Under the pieces are notes generated by a model. The model saw only the letters and a program-made list of their open reading frames with translations, was not told the DNA's origin and made no database searches. From the NCBI GenBank assembly GCA_947630145.1, contig CANRGL010000001.1, positions 17,289 to 81,288 on the forward strand: a DNA stretch of 64,000 bases, in the 5' to 3' direction. The stretch comes from an uncultured Clostridia bacterium. Lineage in GTDB: Bacteria > Bacillota > Clostridia > TANB77 > CAG-465. The first letter of the stretch is position 1, and each line of letters begins with the position of its first letter. The position numbers were made by a program, and so were the translations under genes. Below, in pieces: positions 48,170 through 59,371 of this stretch.

Positions 48170-51100
48170 TTATGATTTTTTATTTAATAGTTTTATTGTT
48201 GTAAATCCTGCTACACTAAGTCCTGCTACTACAAGCATTATAAGTAAATCTAGACTTAATGTTCCACCAGTTACTGGTAATGTTTTTGGTTCATTATACA
48301 CTGTTGTTTCAAATATTTCACCATTCTCACTTAATGTAAATGATTTTTCTTTATTATTTACAATATATTTGTCTGGTGCTGATATTTCTCTATAATAGTA
48401 TTTACCTACTGTTAATGGTTTACTTTCAGCAATACCTTGAGCATTTGTAACTATTGTGTCTATTACTTGTTTATTCTCATCAAGTATTTCAAAAGTTACT
48501 CCTTCAATTGGTGCTTTAGTTTGTTTATCTAGTTTTATAATTCTTAATGTTCCAGTTGATTTTTTATTTTCTACTGTTTTTAAAACTTGAGTATTTTTTG
48601 AAGTTACTTCAAATTCATATTCATTAGTATCCATTACATATTCTTTTGGTGCACTTACTTCTTTGTAATAATATGTTCCTATTAATAATTCTTTAGAAGT
48701 TGCTTTACCATTTGAATCAGTAGTTATTGTATCTACTACTTTATGATCCTTATCTAATATATCAAATTTTACTCCTTTAATTGGTTCATTTGAATCATCT
48801 ACTTTTGTTATTTCGATAAATCCTCTAACGCGTTCATTTTTTACTATCTTTTTAATCATTTGGTTAACATTTTTAACTTCAAATTTATATATATCAGAAT
48901 CCATTATATATCCATCTGGTGCTGATATTTCTTGATAAGTATATACGCCTTTTACTAAAGGTACATTTGATACAGCAATACCATTTTTGTCTGTTGTTAT
49001 TGTATCAACTACTTTTCCTTCTGTATCTTTTATTTCAAATACAACACCTTCAACTGGATTTTTAGCATCATCTATTTTTGTGATTTGAATTGTTCCAGTT
49101 ATTTTTTTATTTGTTACTGTTTGTTTTATAACTTCATTATTTGTATTTATTTCAAATTTAACTTTTTTATCGCTAAATTCATAATATGCTGGTGCTTCTA
49201 TTTCTTGATAATAATATGTTCCTTTTAGTAAATCTTTTACTTCAGCCTTACCTTCTTTATTTGTTGTAACTGTTTTTATAACTTTTTTATTTGAATCTAA
49301 AATATTAAATTTTACTCCTTCTATTGGTGCCTTTGTATCTTCATCTACTTTTAATATTTCTAAACTTCCTTTTATTCTATAGTTTATTACTTCTCTTTTT
49401 ACTACTTCATTGTCTTCATTTATTTTAAATTCAAAAATTTCTTCATCTTTTATATATCCATCTGGTACTTCTACTTCTTGATAATAATATGTTCCTTTTG
49501 CTAATGCTTTAGTTGTTGCATATCCTGTTTTATCTGTTACTAAAGTTTCAATTACTGTTTTCTTATCACTTGCTAATATATTAAATTTTACTCCTTTAAT
49601 ACCAACTCTTGTATCATCTAGTTTTGTTATTTCTAATTTTCCTTTTATTTTTTTGTTTATTACTTCTCTTTTTACTACTTCATTATCATCATTTATTTTA
49701 AATTCAAAGATTCCTTCATCTTTTATATATCCATCTGGCACTTCTACTTCTTGATAGTAGTATGTTCCTTTTTCTAATTTCTTTGTTGTTGCATATCCTC
49801 TACTGTCTGTTACTAATGTTTCTATTACTGTCTTTTTATCACTTGCTAGTATATTAAATTTTACTCCTTCTATTCCTACTCTACTATCATCTAGTTTTGT
49901 TATCTCTAGTCTTCCTCTTATCTTTTTGTTTGTTACTGTTGCTTTTGCTATCTTATTTTCATCTGTTATCTTAAATTCTTTCATACTATTATCTACTATA
50001 TATCCATTTGGTGCACTTATCTCTTTGTAATAGTATGTTCCATTTGCCATATTGTCTATCTTTAATACTGCTTTTCCGTCTTTTCCTGTTGTTATTTCAC
50101 TTATCTTTTCTTTCTTTGAATTATATACTTCAAATTTTACTCCTTCTATTGGTTCTTTTGTTTCTTCATCTATCTTTAATAGCTCTAAACCACCTATTAT
50201 TTTCTCATTTACTGCTTTTATTGTTACTGTCTTTGATATATCTACTTGTACTGTCTCTTTCTTATAGTTCATTATATATCCTTCTGGCGCACTTACTTCT
50301 TCTACTGTATATTTACCTACTGGTATTCCTGTTATTGTTATCTTTCCTTCTTTATTTGTTTTCTTATCTGCTACTACTTCTCCTGCTTCATTTGTTACTT
50401 TAAATTCTGCTCCTTCTACACTTGCTCCATTTTGGTCTACTTTTATTATCTCTATATTTCCTTCTCTTTTTTCCCATGTAAATGTTGTATTTGCACTTAT
50501 TGTTTTTTGCTCAAAATCTAAAAATACATAGTTTTGCAATGTGTTTCCACTTGCTCCATATATTACACCAACTTTCTCATTTGCTACTGCTTTTATATTT
50601 AATGTTACTTTTGTTGGTGCTGCATTTTTATCTACTAATACGTATACATCTTCACCTTTATTAAATTTATCTCTTATTCTATTATCTTTATCTACTACTA
50701 ATGTTCCTTTTGGTGCATTACTTACACTTGCTTCATATACTGTATAGTTATAGTCTACTACATTTACTTTAAATGGTCCTATCTTGTTCATCTCTACATA
50801 ACTATTATAGTCTACATTTCCTCCACTTACACTTATTGATGGATTATATGTATTCTTTGCTAGTATGTTTGCTGCTACTTTCTTTGCACTATTTACTACT
50901 TCTGTATATCCTCCTGCTGCATTTGGTTGAATATTATTTAAATTAAATGTTTTTCCTTTTGTATATGATGTTCCACTTACTGTTTGCCATACTGCCATTT
51001 GTGTTCCCAAGTATGCTGCTTCTACATTTATTGCTCCTAACTGAGCTACTGTTTTATTTGGATATCCATTACTTATTACTGATACTAATTTATTTGATCT

Positions 51101-51373
51101 TACTGTTTTTATATATGATAATGATGACATCTCTTTTGGTGCCCTTACTCCATAATCTATACAATATGCTTGATTTCCTCCTATTGTAGTTATTGCATAT
51201 TCATGGTATGCATTATTTAGATTATCATACATTGCAGCCTTGTATGGCGCATGTGAATATGCTAGATTTTCCCTTCCTGCGTTTACAGAAAATGGATTTA
51301 AATCTGCTATCATTACAAAAAGTACTGCAAATATTACCAATATTTTGCTTTTTATATTTTTCATCTTTTTCAT
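48170..51373 (-). CDS. LPVTG-anchored TQXA thioester-domain adhesin with CnaB/SpaA-type repeat shaft (copy 1)
   Basis: Signal peptide. AYCIDYG Cys motif and LGTQMAVWQ (TQxA). Many prealbumin-fold repeats (GKYTVEEVSAPEGYI). C-terminal LPVTGG + TM + KKS. Confidence 0.8.
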   Translation of the reverse strand: MKKMKNIKSKILVIFAVLFVMIADLNPFSVNAGRENLAYSHAPYKAAMYDNLNNAYHEYAITTIGGNQAYCIDYGVRAPKEMSSLSYIKTVRSNKLVSVISNGYPNKTVAQLGAINVEAAYLGTQMAVWQTVSGTSYTKGKTFNLNNIQPNAAGGYTEVVNSAKKVAANILAKNTYNPSISVSGGNVDYNSYVEMNKIGPFKVNVVDYNYTVYEASVSNAPKGTLVVDKDNRIRDKFNKGEDVYVLVDKNAAPTKVTLNIKAVANEKVGVIYGASGNTLQNYVFLDFEQKTISANTTFTWEKREGNIEIIKVDQNGASVEGAEFKVTNEAGEVVADKKTNKEGKITITGIPVGKYTVEEVSAPEGYIMNYKKETVQVDISKTVTIKAVNEKIIGGLELLKIDEETKEPIEGVKFEVYNSKKEKISEITTGKDGKAVLKIDNMANGTYYYKEISAPNGYIVDNSMKEFKITDENKIAKATVTNKKIRGRLEITKLDDSRVGIEGVKFNILASDKKTVIETLVTDSRGYATTKKLEKGTYYYQEVEVPDGYIKDEGIFEFKINDDNEVVKREVINKKIKGKLEITKLDDTRVGIKGVKFNILASDKKTVIETLVTDKTGYATTKALAKGTYYYQEVEVPDGYIKDEEIFEFKINEDNEVVKREVINYRIKGSLEILKVDEDTKAPIEGVKFNILDSNKKVIKTVTTNKEGKAEVKDLLKGTYYYQEIEAPAYYEFSDKKVKFEINTNNEVIKQTVTNKKITGTIQITKIDDAKNPVEGVVFEIKDTEGKVVDTITTDKNGIAVSNVPLVKGVYTYQEISAPDGYIMDSDIYKFEVKNVNQMIKKIVKNERVRGFIEITKVDDSNEPIKGVKFDILDKDHKVVDTITTDSNGKATSKELLIGTYYYKEVSAPKEYVMDTNEYEFEVTSKNTQVLKTVENKKSTGTLRIIKLDKQTKAPIEGVTFEILDENKQVIDTIVTNAQGIAESKPLTVGKYYYREISAPDKYIVNNKEKSFTLSENGEIFETTVYNEPKTLPVTGGTLSLDLLIMLVVAGLSVAGFTTIKLLNKKS

Positions 51374-51491
51374 CTTTTTTTCCTCCTATATTTTTATATA
51401 TATTCTTTTTTTATTGCTTTTTTTACTCTACATTTATATTATAGCACATTTAATTAACTTTGTCAACATAATATTTAAAATTATGTAAAAT

Positions 51492-51520
51492 AAACGACCG
51501 TATTTATATTACGATCGTTT
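51492..51520 (-). terminator. intergenic hairpin terminator between the two adhesin paralogs
   Basis: AAACGACCGTA-tttatat-TACGATCGTTT (one G-U in minus sense) followed by a U-rich tract. Confidence 0.45.
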
Positions 51521-51533
51521 ACCTACATTAAAA

Positions 51534-54500
51534 TTATGATCTTTTAGCTTTAATAAGTTTTACTGTTGTAAATCCTGCTACACTAAGTCCTGCTACTACA
51601 AGCATTATAAGTAAATCTAGGCTTAATGTTCCACCAGTTACTGGTAATGTTTTTGGATCATTATATACTGTTGTTTCAAATATCTCACCATTCTCACTTA
51701 ATGTAAATGATTTTTCTTTATTATTTACAATATATTTGTCTGGTGCTGATATTTCTCTATAATAGTATTTACCTACTGTTAATGGTTTACTTTCAGCAAT
51801 ACCTTGAGCATTTGTAACTATTGTGTCTATTACTTGTTTATTCTCATCAAGTATTTCAAAAGTTACTCCTTCAATTGGTGCTTTAGTTTGTTTATCTAGT
51901 TTTATAATTCTTAATGTTCCAGTTGATTTTTTATTTTCTACTGTTTTTAAAACTTGAGTATTTTTTGAAGTTACTTCAAATTCATATTCATTAGTATCCA
52001 TTACATATTCTTTTGGTGCACTTACTTCTTTGTAATAATATGTTCCTATTAATAATTCTTTAGAAGTTGCTTTACCATTTGAATCAGTAGTTATTGTATC
52101 TACTACTTTATGATCCTTATCTAATATATCAAATTTTACTCCTTTAATTGGTTCATTTGAATCATCTACTTTTGTTATTTCGATAAATCCTCTAACGCGT
52201 TCATTTTTTACTATCTTTTTAATCATTTGGTTAACATTTTTAACTTCAAATTTATATATATCAGAATCCATTATATATCCATCTGGTGCTGATATTTCTT
52301 GATAAGTATATACGCCTTTTACTAAAGGTACATTTGATACAGCAATACCATTTTTGTCTGTTGTTATTGTATCAACTACTTTTCCTTCTGTATCTTTTAT
52401 TTCAAATACAACACCTTCAACTGGATTTTTAGCATCATCTATTTTTGTGATTTGAATTGTTCCAGTTATTTTTTTATTTGTTACTGTTTGTTTTATAACT
52501 TCATTATTTGTATTTATTTCAAATTTAACTTTTTTATCGCTAAATTCATAATATGCTGGTGCTTCTATTTCTTGATAATAATATGTTCCTTTTAGTAAAT
52601 CTTTTACTTCAGCCTTACCTTCTTTATTTGTTGTAACTGTTTTTATAACTTTTTTATTTGAATCTAAAATATTAAATTTTACTCCTTCTATTGGTGCCTT
52701 TGTATCTTCATCTACTTTTAATATTTCTAAACTTCCTTTTATTCTATAGTTTATTACTTCTCTTTTTACTACTTCATTGTCTTCATTTATTTTAAATTCA
52801 AAAATTTCTTCATCTTTTATATATCCATCTGGTACTTCTACTTCTTGATAATAATATGTTCCTTTTGCTAATGCTTTAGTTGTTGCATATCCTGTTTTAT
52901 CTGTTACTAAAGTTTCAATTACTGTTTTCTTATCACTTGCTAATATATTAAATTTTACTCCTTTAATACCAACTCTTGTATCATCTAGTTTTGTTATTTC
53001 TAATTTTCCTTTTATTTTTTTGTTTATTACTTCTCTTTTTACTACTTCATTATCATCATTTATTTTAAATTCAAAGATTCCTTCATCTTTTATATATCCA
53101 TCTGGCACTTCTACTTCTTGATAGTAGTATGTTCCTTTTTCTAATTTCTTTGTTGTTGCATATCCTCTACTGTCTGTTACTAATGTTTCTATTACTGTCT
53201 TTTTATCACTTGCTAGTATATTAAATTTTACTCCTTCTATTCCTACTCTACTATCATCTAGTTTTGTTATCTCTAGTCTTCCTCTTATCTTTTTGTTTGT
53301 TACTGTTTGTTTTATAACTTCATTATTTGTATTTATTTCAAATTTAACTTTTTTATCGCTAAATTTATAATATGCTGGTGCTTCTATTTCTTGATAATAA
53401 TATGTTCCTTTTAGTAAATCTTTTACTTCAGCTTTACCTTCTTTATTTGTTGTAACTGTTTTTATAACTTTTTTATTTGAATCTAAAATATTAAATTTTA
53501 CTCCTTCTATTGGTGCCTTTGTATCTTCATCTACTTTTAATATTTCTAAACTTCCTTTTATTCTATAGTTTATTACTTCTCTTTTTACTACTTCATTGTC
53601 TTCATTTATTTTAAATTCAAAAATTTCTTCATCTTTTATATATCCATCTGGTACTTCTACTTCTTGATAATAATATGTTCCTTTTGCTAATGCTTTAGTT
53701 GTTGCATATCCTGTTTTATCTGTTACTAAAGTTTCAATTACTGTTTTCTTATCACTTGCTAATATATTAAATTTTACTCCTTTAATACCAACTCTTGTAT
53801 CATCTAGTTTTGTTATTTCTAATTTTCCTTTTATTTTTTTGTTTATTACTTCTCTTTTTACTACTTCATTATCATCATTTATTTTAAATTCAAAGATTCC
53901 TTCATCTTTTATATATCCATCTGGCACTTCTACTTCTTGATAGTAGTATGTTCCTTTTTCTAATTTCTTTGTTGTTGCATATCCTCTACTGTCTGTTACT
54001 AATGTTTCTATTACTGTCTTTTTATCACTTGCTAGTATATTAAATTTTACTCCTTCTATTCCTACTCTACTATCATCTAGTTTTGTTATCTCTAGTCTTC
54101 CTCTTATCTTTTTGTTTGTTACTGTTGCTTTTGCTATCTTATTTTCATCTGTTATCTTAAATTCTTTCATACTATTATCTACTATATATCCATTTGGTGC
54201 ACTTATCTCTTTGTAATAGTATGTTCCATTTGCCATATTGTCTATCTTTAATACTGCTTTTCCGTCTTTTCCTGTTGTTATTTCACTTATCTTTTCTTTC
54301 TTTGAATTATATACTTCAAATTTTACTCCTTCTATTGGTTCTTTTGTTTCTTCATCTATCTTTAATAGCTCTAAACCACCTATTATTTTCTCATTTACTG
54401 CTTTTATTGTTACTGTCTTTGATATATCTACTTGTACTGTCTCTTTCTTATAGTTCATTATATATCCTTCTGGCGCACTTACTTCTTCTACTGTATATTT

Positions 54501-55559
54501 ACCTACTGGTATTCCTGTTATTGTTATCTTTCCTTCTTTATTTGTTTTCTTATCTGCTACTACTTCTCCTGCTTCATTTGTTACTTTAAATTCTGCTCCT
54601 TCTACACTTGCTCCATTTTGGTCTACTTTTATTATCTCTATATTTCCTTCTCTTTTTTCCCATGTAAATGTTGTATTTGCACTTATTGTTTTTTGCTCAA
54701 AATCTAAAAATACATAGTTTTGCAATGTGTTTCCACTTGCTCCATATATTACACCAACTTTCTCATTTGCTACTGCTTTTATATTTAATGTTACTTTTGT
54801 TGGTGCTGCATTTTTATCTACTAATACGTATACATCTTCACCTTTATTAAATTTATCTCTTATTCTATTATCTTTATCTACTACTAATGTTCCTTTTGGT
54901 GCATTACTTACACTTGCTTCATATACTGTATAGTTATAGTCTACTACATTTACTTTAAATGGTCCTATCTTGTTCATCTCTACATAACTATTATAGTCTA
55001 CATTTCCTCCACTTACACTTATTGATGGATTATATGTATTCTTTGCTAGTATGTTTGCTGCTACTTTCTTTGCACTATTTACTACTTCTGTATATCCTCC
55101 TGCTGCATTTGGTTGAATATTATTTAAATTAAATGTTTTTCCTTTTGTATATGATGTTCCACTTACTGTTTGCCATACTGCCATTTGTGTTCCCAAGTAT
55201 GCTGCTTCTACATTTATTGCTCCTAACTGAGCTACTGTTTTATTTGGATATCCATTACTTATTACTGATACTAATTTATTTGATCTTACTGTTTTTATAT
55301 ATGATAATGACGCACTTTCTTTTGGCGCTCTTATACCATAATCTATACAATATGCTTGATTTCCACCTATTGTGGCTATTGCATATTCATAGTATGCATT
55401 ATGTAGATTATCATACATTGCTGCCTTATATGGCGCATGTGAATATGCTAGATTTTCCCTTCCTGCGTTTACAGAAAATGGATTTAGATCTGCTATCATT
55501 GCAAAAAATACCGCAAGTATTACCAATATTTTGCTTTTTATATTCTTCATCTTTTTCAT
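51534..55559 (-). CDS. LPVTG-anchored TQXA thioester-domain adhesin (copy 2, with extra 274-aa internal repeat block)
   Basis: 1341 aa. Identical to copy 1 over most of its length. The N-terminal domain differs at about 10 positions. An internal 822-bp tandem duplication is present. Confidence 0.8.
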   Translation of the reverse strand: MKKMKNIKSKILVILAVFFAMIADLNPFSVNAGRENLAYSHAPYKAAMYDNLHNAYYEYAIATIGGNQAYCIDYGIRAPKESASLSYIKTVRSNKLVSVISNGYPNKTVAQLGAINVEAAYLGTQMAVWQTVSGTSYTKGKTFNLNNIQPNAAGGYTEVVNSAKKVAANILAKNTYNPSISVSGGNVDYNSYVEMNKIGPFKVNVVDYNYTVYEASVSNAPKGTLVVDKDNRIRDKFNKGEDVYVLVDKNAAPTKVTLNIKAVANEKVGVIYGASGNTLQNYVFLDFEQKTISANTTFTWEKREGNIEIIKVDQNGASVEGAEFKVTNEAGEVVADKKTNKEGKITITGIPVGKYTVEEVSAPEGYIMNYKKETVQVDISKTVTIKAVNEKIIGGLELLKIDEETKEPIEGVKFEVYNSKKEKISEITTGKDGKAVLKIDNMANGTYYYKEISAPNGYIVDNSMKEFKITDENKIAKATVTNKKIRGRLEITKLDDSRVGIEGVKFNILASDKKTVIETLVTDSRGYATTKKLEKGTYYYQEVEVPDGYIKDEGIFEFKINDDNEVVKREVINKKIKGKLEITKLDDTRVGIKGVKFNILASDKKTVIETLVTDKTGYATTKALAKGTYYYQEVEVPDGYIKDEEIFEFKINEDNEVVKREVINYRIKGSLEILKVDEDTKAPIEGVKFNILDSNKKVIKTVTTNKEGKAEVKDLLKGTYYYQEIEAPAYYKFSDKKVKFEINTNNEVIKQTVTNKKIRGRLEITKLDDSRVGIEGVKFNILASDKKTVIETLVTDSRGYATTKKLEKGTYYYQEVEVPDGYIKDEGIFEFKINDDNEVVKREVINKKIKGKLEITKLDDTRVGIKGVKFNILASDKKTVIETLVTDKTGYATTKALAKGTYYYQEVEVPDGYIKDEEIFEFKINEDNEVVKREVINYRIKGSLEILKVDEDTKAPIEGVKFNILDSNKKVIKTVTTNKEGKAEVKDLLKGTYYYQEIEAPAYYEFSDKKVKFEINTNNEVIKQTVTNKKITGTIQITKIDDAKNPVEGVVFEIKDTEGKVVDTITTDKNGIAVSNVPLVKGVYTYQEISAPDGYIMDSDIYKFEVKNVNQMIKKIVKNERVRGFIEITKVDDSNEPIKGVKFDILDKDHKVVDTITTDSNGKATSKELLIGTYYYKEVSAPKEYVMDTNEYEFEVTSKNTQVLKTVENKKSTGTLRIIKLDKQTKAPIEGVTFEILDENKQVIDTIVTNAQGIAESKPLTVGKYYYREISAPDKYIVNNKEKSFTLSENGEIFETTVYNDPKTLPVTGGTLSLDLLIMLVVAGLSVAGFTTVKLIKAKRS

Positions 55560-55685
55560 CTTTTTTTCCTCCTATATTTCTATATATATTCTTCTTTTAT
55601 TACTTTTTTTACTCTACATTTATATTATAGCACATTTAAATTGTAATCGTCAACATAATTTTGAAACATTTTTGAAATTTTTACA

Positions 55686-56291
55686 CTATATTAATTCACC
55701 TTTTAAAACTACTCTTGCACTAGCATTATAATTACATGTAATTAAAGTGATCTCTCTTTTATCAGAATTGTTTATAACTTCTATACTAGTTGGAGAAACT
55801 GTTTGTTTTGAAGTAATTTTATACGTATATGTAGTAGTCTTAGTTGTAACCTTTACTTCATCTCCAATATTTACTTTATTTAAGTTTCTAAATATTTCAG
55901 TATATATATTATTGTGAGCTGCTACACTAAAGTTTCCTATTTGTCCTGGCATAGCTGCTCCTTTAAACATACCTATATAATTTTTTAAAGTTTGATTATC
56001 TGTACCTTCTTTTACAACACCTTTTATTCCCTGAGATGGTATCTGAATAACGGCTATTGCATTTCCTGTAACTTGAATATTTTCATCTGCTGAAGAAGAT
56101 GTAGCTTCACCTGTTGCTGAGCCAACATCAGTACCTGGAGTACCATTAAACTCAACATTAAGAAGTGCCTCAATCTCCTTTTCTTGTTTTTTATCTCTTA
56201 TCATATTCTTAATAAATATTGCTGTAGCTGAAACAACTACAATAAAAATTACTAAAATTACAATTTCTTTTACTTTTACTTTAATTTTCAT
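55686..56291 (-). CDS. sortase (TLITC active site)
   Basis: 201 aa with an N-terminal TM segment, His in AAHNNIY and TLITCN catalytic Cys. Directly upstream of the LPVTG adhesins. Confidence 0.7.
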   Translation of the reverse strand: MKIKVKVKEIVILVIFIVVVSATAIFIKNMIRDKKQEKEIEALLNVEFNGTPGTDVGSATGEATSSSADENIQVTGNAIAVIQIPSQGIKGVVKEGTDNQTLKNYIGMFKGAAMPGQIGNFSVAAHNNIYTEIFRNLNKVNIGDEVKVTTKTTTYTYKITSKQTVSPTSIEVINNSDKREITLITCNYNASARVVLKGELI

Positions 56292-56429
56292 ATAATCTAC
56301 CCTCTTTACATAGAATATATTTTAACATATATATATATTTAAGTCAATAAAATTTATAAATCTTTTTCTTTAAAACACTAAATTGTTTCGACAAAATAAT
56401 TATTTTGTTTACATATTATTGAAATATTA

Positions 56430-56458
56430 TTGACATTTAAACTTTAAAATTATATAAT
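56430..56458 (+). promoter_or_regulatory. consensus sigma-A promoter TTGACA-17-TATAAT
   Basis: A perfect -35 and -10 with a 17-bp spacer, read directly. It sits upstream of the plus-strand membrane protein gene. Confidence 0.5.
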
Positions 56459-56525
56459 CAATATAACTAATACGAAAATGATGTTTTTTGACATTTTATT
56501 TTTTGATTATATAGGAGTTGAAAAA

Positions 56526-57080
56526 ATGCTTATTGTTAATTTTGTAATATCAATTGTAATAATTATAATAATATTCATGTTAATATCATTTATAATAAAA
56601 TCACTAATACATGTTTTTACGCAATATGAATATCCTTCATATTATCTGTTCTTACCAACTTTTTTAATTCTTGGTATATGGAGCTTAAATTTTATATTAT
56701 GGTATTTTAGCATAACTTACATTTTAAAAATAGATATAATTAAAGTAATCATAGGAATAATAATTAAAGAAGGAATTATTGAAAGAAATATTATATTTAT
56801 TACACTAATATTTACATTTATTTCGCTATTAATGCAAGCATTTGCAATCATGACAATAAATATAGATTATAAAAAAATAACAGGAAACACTAGATTCTTT
56901 TTTAAAAAAATTCTTAAAATAAGAACAAAAAGCAACAAAACATTAGTTATTAAAGATGATCCTGAAAAATTAGGATTTGTATCATCATTACTAATAAGTA
57001 TACTATCCTTCATAATAATAATCTTCTTTATTCTAATTTCATTACTTATAGGTTTCCTAATTAGTAAAAAATTAACCTAG
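56526..57080 (+). CDS. hypothetical polytopic membrane protein
   Basis: Several TM helices. TAGGAG RBS 8 nt before ATG at 56526. The ORF track start at 56478 is probably upstream of the RBS. Confidence 0.35.
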   Translation: MLIVNFVISIVIIIIIFMLISFIIKSLIHVFTQYEYPSYYLFLPTFLILGIWSLNFILWYFSITYILKIDIIKVIIGIIIKEGIIERNIIFITLIFTFISLLMQAFAIMTINIDYKKITGNTRFFFKKILKIRTKSNKTLVIKDDPEKLGFVSSLLISILSFIIIIFFILISLLIGFLISKKLT

Positions 57081-57110
57081 GGCTAACTTTGTAAAAAATT
57101 TACTATAAAA

Positions 57111-57150
57111 AATGCGGCTTTAAACATTTAAGTTTAAAACCACATTTTTT
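57111..57150. terminator. bidirectional rho-independent terminator between convergent genes
   Basis: A 15-bp stem (AATGCGGCTTTAAAC / GTTTAAAACCACATT) with U-tracts on both sides. It is a perfect stem with 2 G-U pairs in the recG sense. Confidence 0.55.
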
Positions 57151-59225
57151 TATGCTCCTATATTACTAAGTTTATCTCCATATTTATCGTATAATTCTTT
57201 TTTTAATTTATTATTTTCTTCCTTTTCTAAATATTTATCTTCTTCTAATAATTCCTTTGCAGCCACTTGTGCATTTTGCAAAACCTTAATATCAGTTAAT
57301 AGATTGGTAAGTTTAAATTCAGGAAGTCCAGACTGTCTTATTCCAAAAAAATCTCCAGGGCCTCTTAATTCTAAATCTTTTTGTGCAACATCAAAACCAT
57401 TATTGCTTTTTTCCATTATTTTTAATCTTTCTCTAGATTTTATAGACTTATTATTAGACTTTAATATACAAAAAGATTGATAGTCACCTCTTCCAACACG
57501 TCCACGTAATTGATGAAGCGCTGCAAGTCCAAATCTATCAGCGTTTTCTATAACCATTAAAGTTGCATTACTTACGCTAATTCCAACTTCAATTACAGTT
57601 GTAGAAATTAGTATATTAATTTTATTTTCCTTAAAAGCTTGCATAATTTCATCTTTTTCTTTATTTTTCATTTTACCATGTATTATACCAACGTTATATT
57701 CTCTAAAATATTCATTTTTATATTTATCATATATTTTCTCCACTGATTTTAGATTAAGTTCCTCATTTTCTTCAACCAATGGGCACACCACATATACTTG
57801 CCTTCCTTCATCAATATTTCTTTTAATAAATTTAACTATTCTTTGTTCGTAACTATCATCAACTGCATACGTTTTAACTATTTTTCTACCTGGGGGCATT
57901 TCATCTATTATAGATAAGTCAAGATCACCATATAACATTATAGCAAGAGTTCTAGGTATGGGTGTAGCTGTCATTACTAAAGTTTCAACATTATTACCTT
58001 TATTAGAAAGCTTAAGTCTTTGTTTTACTCCAAATCTATGTTGTTCATCAGTTATAACTAAGCCTAAATTATTAAAATGTATATCTTCTTCTATTAAAGA
58101 ATGCGTACCAATTATTATATCTATTTCATTATTTTCCAATTTTTCACAAATTATTCTTTTATTTTTCTTAGTAGTGCTTGATGTTATAATTTCTACATTT
58201 ATACCAAGTAGAGAAAAATATTTATTTAACTCCTCAAAATGTTGATTTGCAAGTATTGTAGTAGGTGCCATCATAGTAGCCTGATAACCATTTTTTACAG
58301 CAATATACATGGCAACTGCAGCCACTATAGTTTTACCGCTTCCTACATCTCCTTGCAATAATCTATTCATTACTTTATCACTTAACATATCTTTTTTTAT
58401 TTCATCTATTACTTTATTTTGTGCATTTGTTAATTTAAATGGAAGTAAATCTAGAAATTCATCTATATTTACGTTAGTAAACTTTTTTACCTTTTTTTCT
58501 TGTAATGATATGTTTTTAACAGACATAAGAGCTAATTGTAGCAAAAATAATTCATCGAATATTAATCTTTTACGTGCATCATTTACAGCATTAAAAGTCT
58601 TCGGAAAATGCACATTTTGCATAGCATAGTTTAATTCACAAAGTCCATATTTTTTTCTAAATTTATCATTTAAAAATTCTGGCAATAGTGGTTTATTCAT
58701 ATATGCTAAAGTTTCTAATTTAAATAAATAATTTTGTGTAATACCAGATGTAAGAGGATAAATAGGATAGATTCCTTGTATTTTATCTATATCATTTAAA
58801 TTATATATTTGAGGGGATTCCATTGAAACAACACCATAATTTTTAATAGCTTTACCATAAAATAAATACTTATCTCCTTTATGAAGTTTTGTATTAATAT
58901 ATTTTTGATTAAACCATGTCATTTTGCATTCTCCCGTATCATCATATACGAATGTTGAATATATTGTAAGATTTTTTCTTATTCTTTGTATATGAATACT
59001 ATCGCTTATTGTAGCAACAAAAAGATAATATTCTCCATCAATAAACTCTATTATATTAGAAAGTTTTGTTCTATCTTCATAATTTCTAGGATAGTATTCC
59101 AATAAATCTTTTATAGTATATATTCCAAGTTTGTTTAATAGTTCAACTTTCTTAGGTCCAACTCCTTTTAAATATTGTATATTCTCATCAAGTTTAATAT
59201 TATAATCTAATTTTCCCTCACTCAT
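57150..59225 (-). CDS. recG: ATP-dependent DNA helicase RecG
   Basis: 691 aa with LLQGDVGSGKT, DEQHRFGV and MTATPIPRTL helicase motifs and an N-terminal wedge domain. Confidence 0.9.
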   Translation of the reverse strand: MSEGKLDYNIKLDENIQYLKGVGPKKVELLNKLGIYTIKDLLEYYPRNYEDRTKLSNIIEFIDGEYYLFVATISDSIHIQRIRKNLTIYSTFVYDDTGECKMTWFNQKYINTKLHKGDKYLFYGKAIKNYGVVSMESPQIYNLNDIDKIQGIYPIYPLTSGITQNYLFKLETLAYMNKPLLPEFLNDKFRKKYGLCELNYAMQNVHFPKTFNAVNDARKRLIFDELFLLQLALMSVKNISLQEKKVKKFTNVNIDEFLDLLPFKLTNAQNKVIDEIKKDMLSDKVMNRLLQGDVGSGKTIVAAVAMYIAVKNGYQATMMAPTTILANQHFEELNKYFSLLGINVEIITSSTTKKNKRIICEKLENNEIDIIIGTHSLIEEDIHFNNLGLVITDEQHRFGVKQRLKLSNKGNNVETLVMTATPIPRTLAIMLYGDLDLSIIDEMPPGRKIVKTYAVDDSYEQRIVKFIKRNIDEGRQVYVVCPLVEENEELNLKSVEKIYDKYKNEYFREYNVGIIHGKMKNKEKDEIMQAFKENKINILISTTVIEVGISVSNATLMVIENADRFGLAALHQLRGRVGRGDYQSFCILKSNNKSIKSRERLKIMEKSNNGFDVAQKDLELRGPGDFFGIRQSGLPEFKLTNLLTDIKVLQNAQVAAKELLEEDKYLEKEENNKLKKELYDKYGDKLSNIGA

Positions 59226-59243
59226 TTTATCACCACTTTTAAT

Positions 59244-59272
59244 AGTATACCAAAAAACATTTGTTTATTCAA
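59244..59272 (-). promoter_or_regulatory. candidate recG promoter TTGAAT-17-TATACT
   Basis: Minus-sense -35 and -10 with a 17-bp spacer. GTGGTGA RBS 4 nt before the ATG. Confidence 0.35.
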
Positions 59273-59371
59273 GTGTATTATATATTTTTGTTAAACTTAT
59301 TTTTTTATAAAGTTAGCCCTATAATAGAAAAACGAGAATGAAAAACATTCTCGTTTTAGTTGAATTGATTT

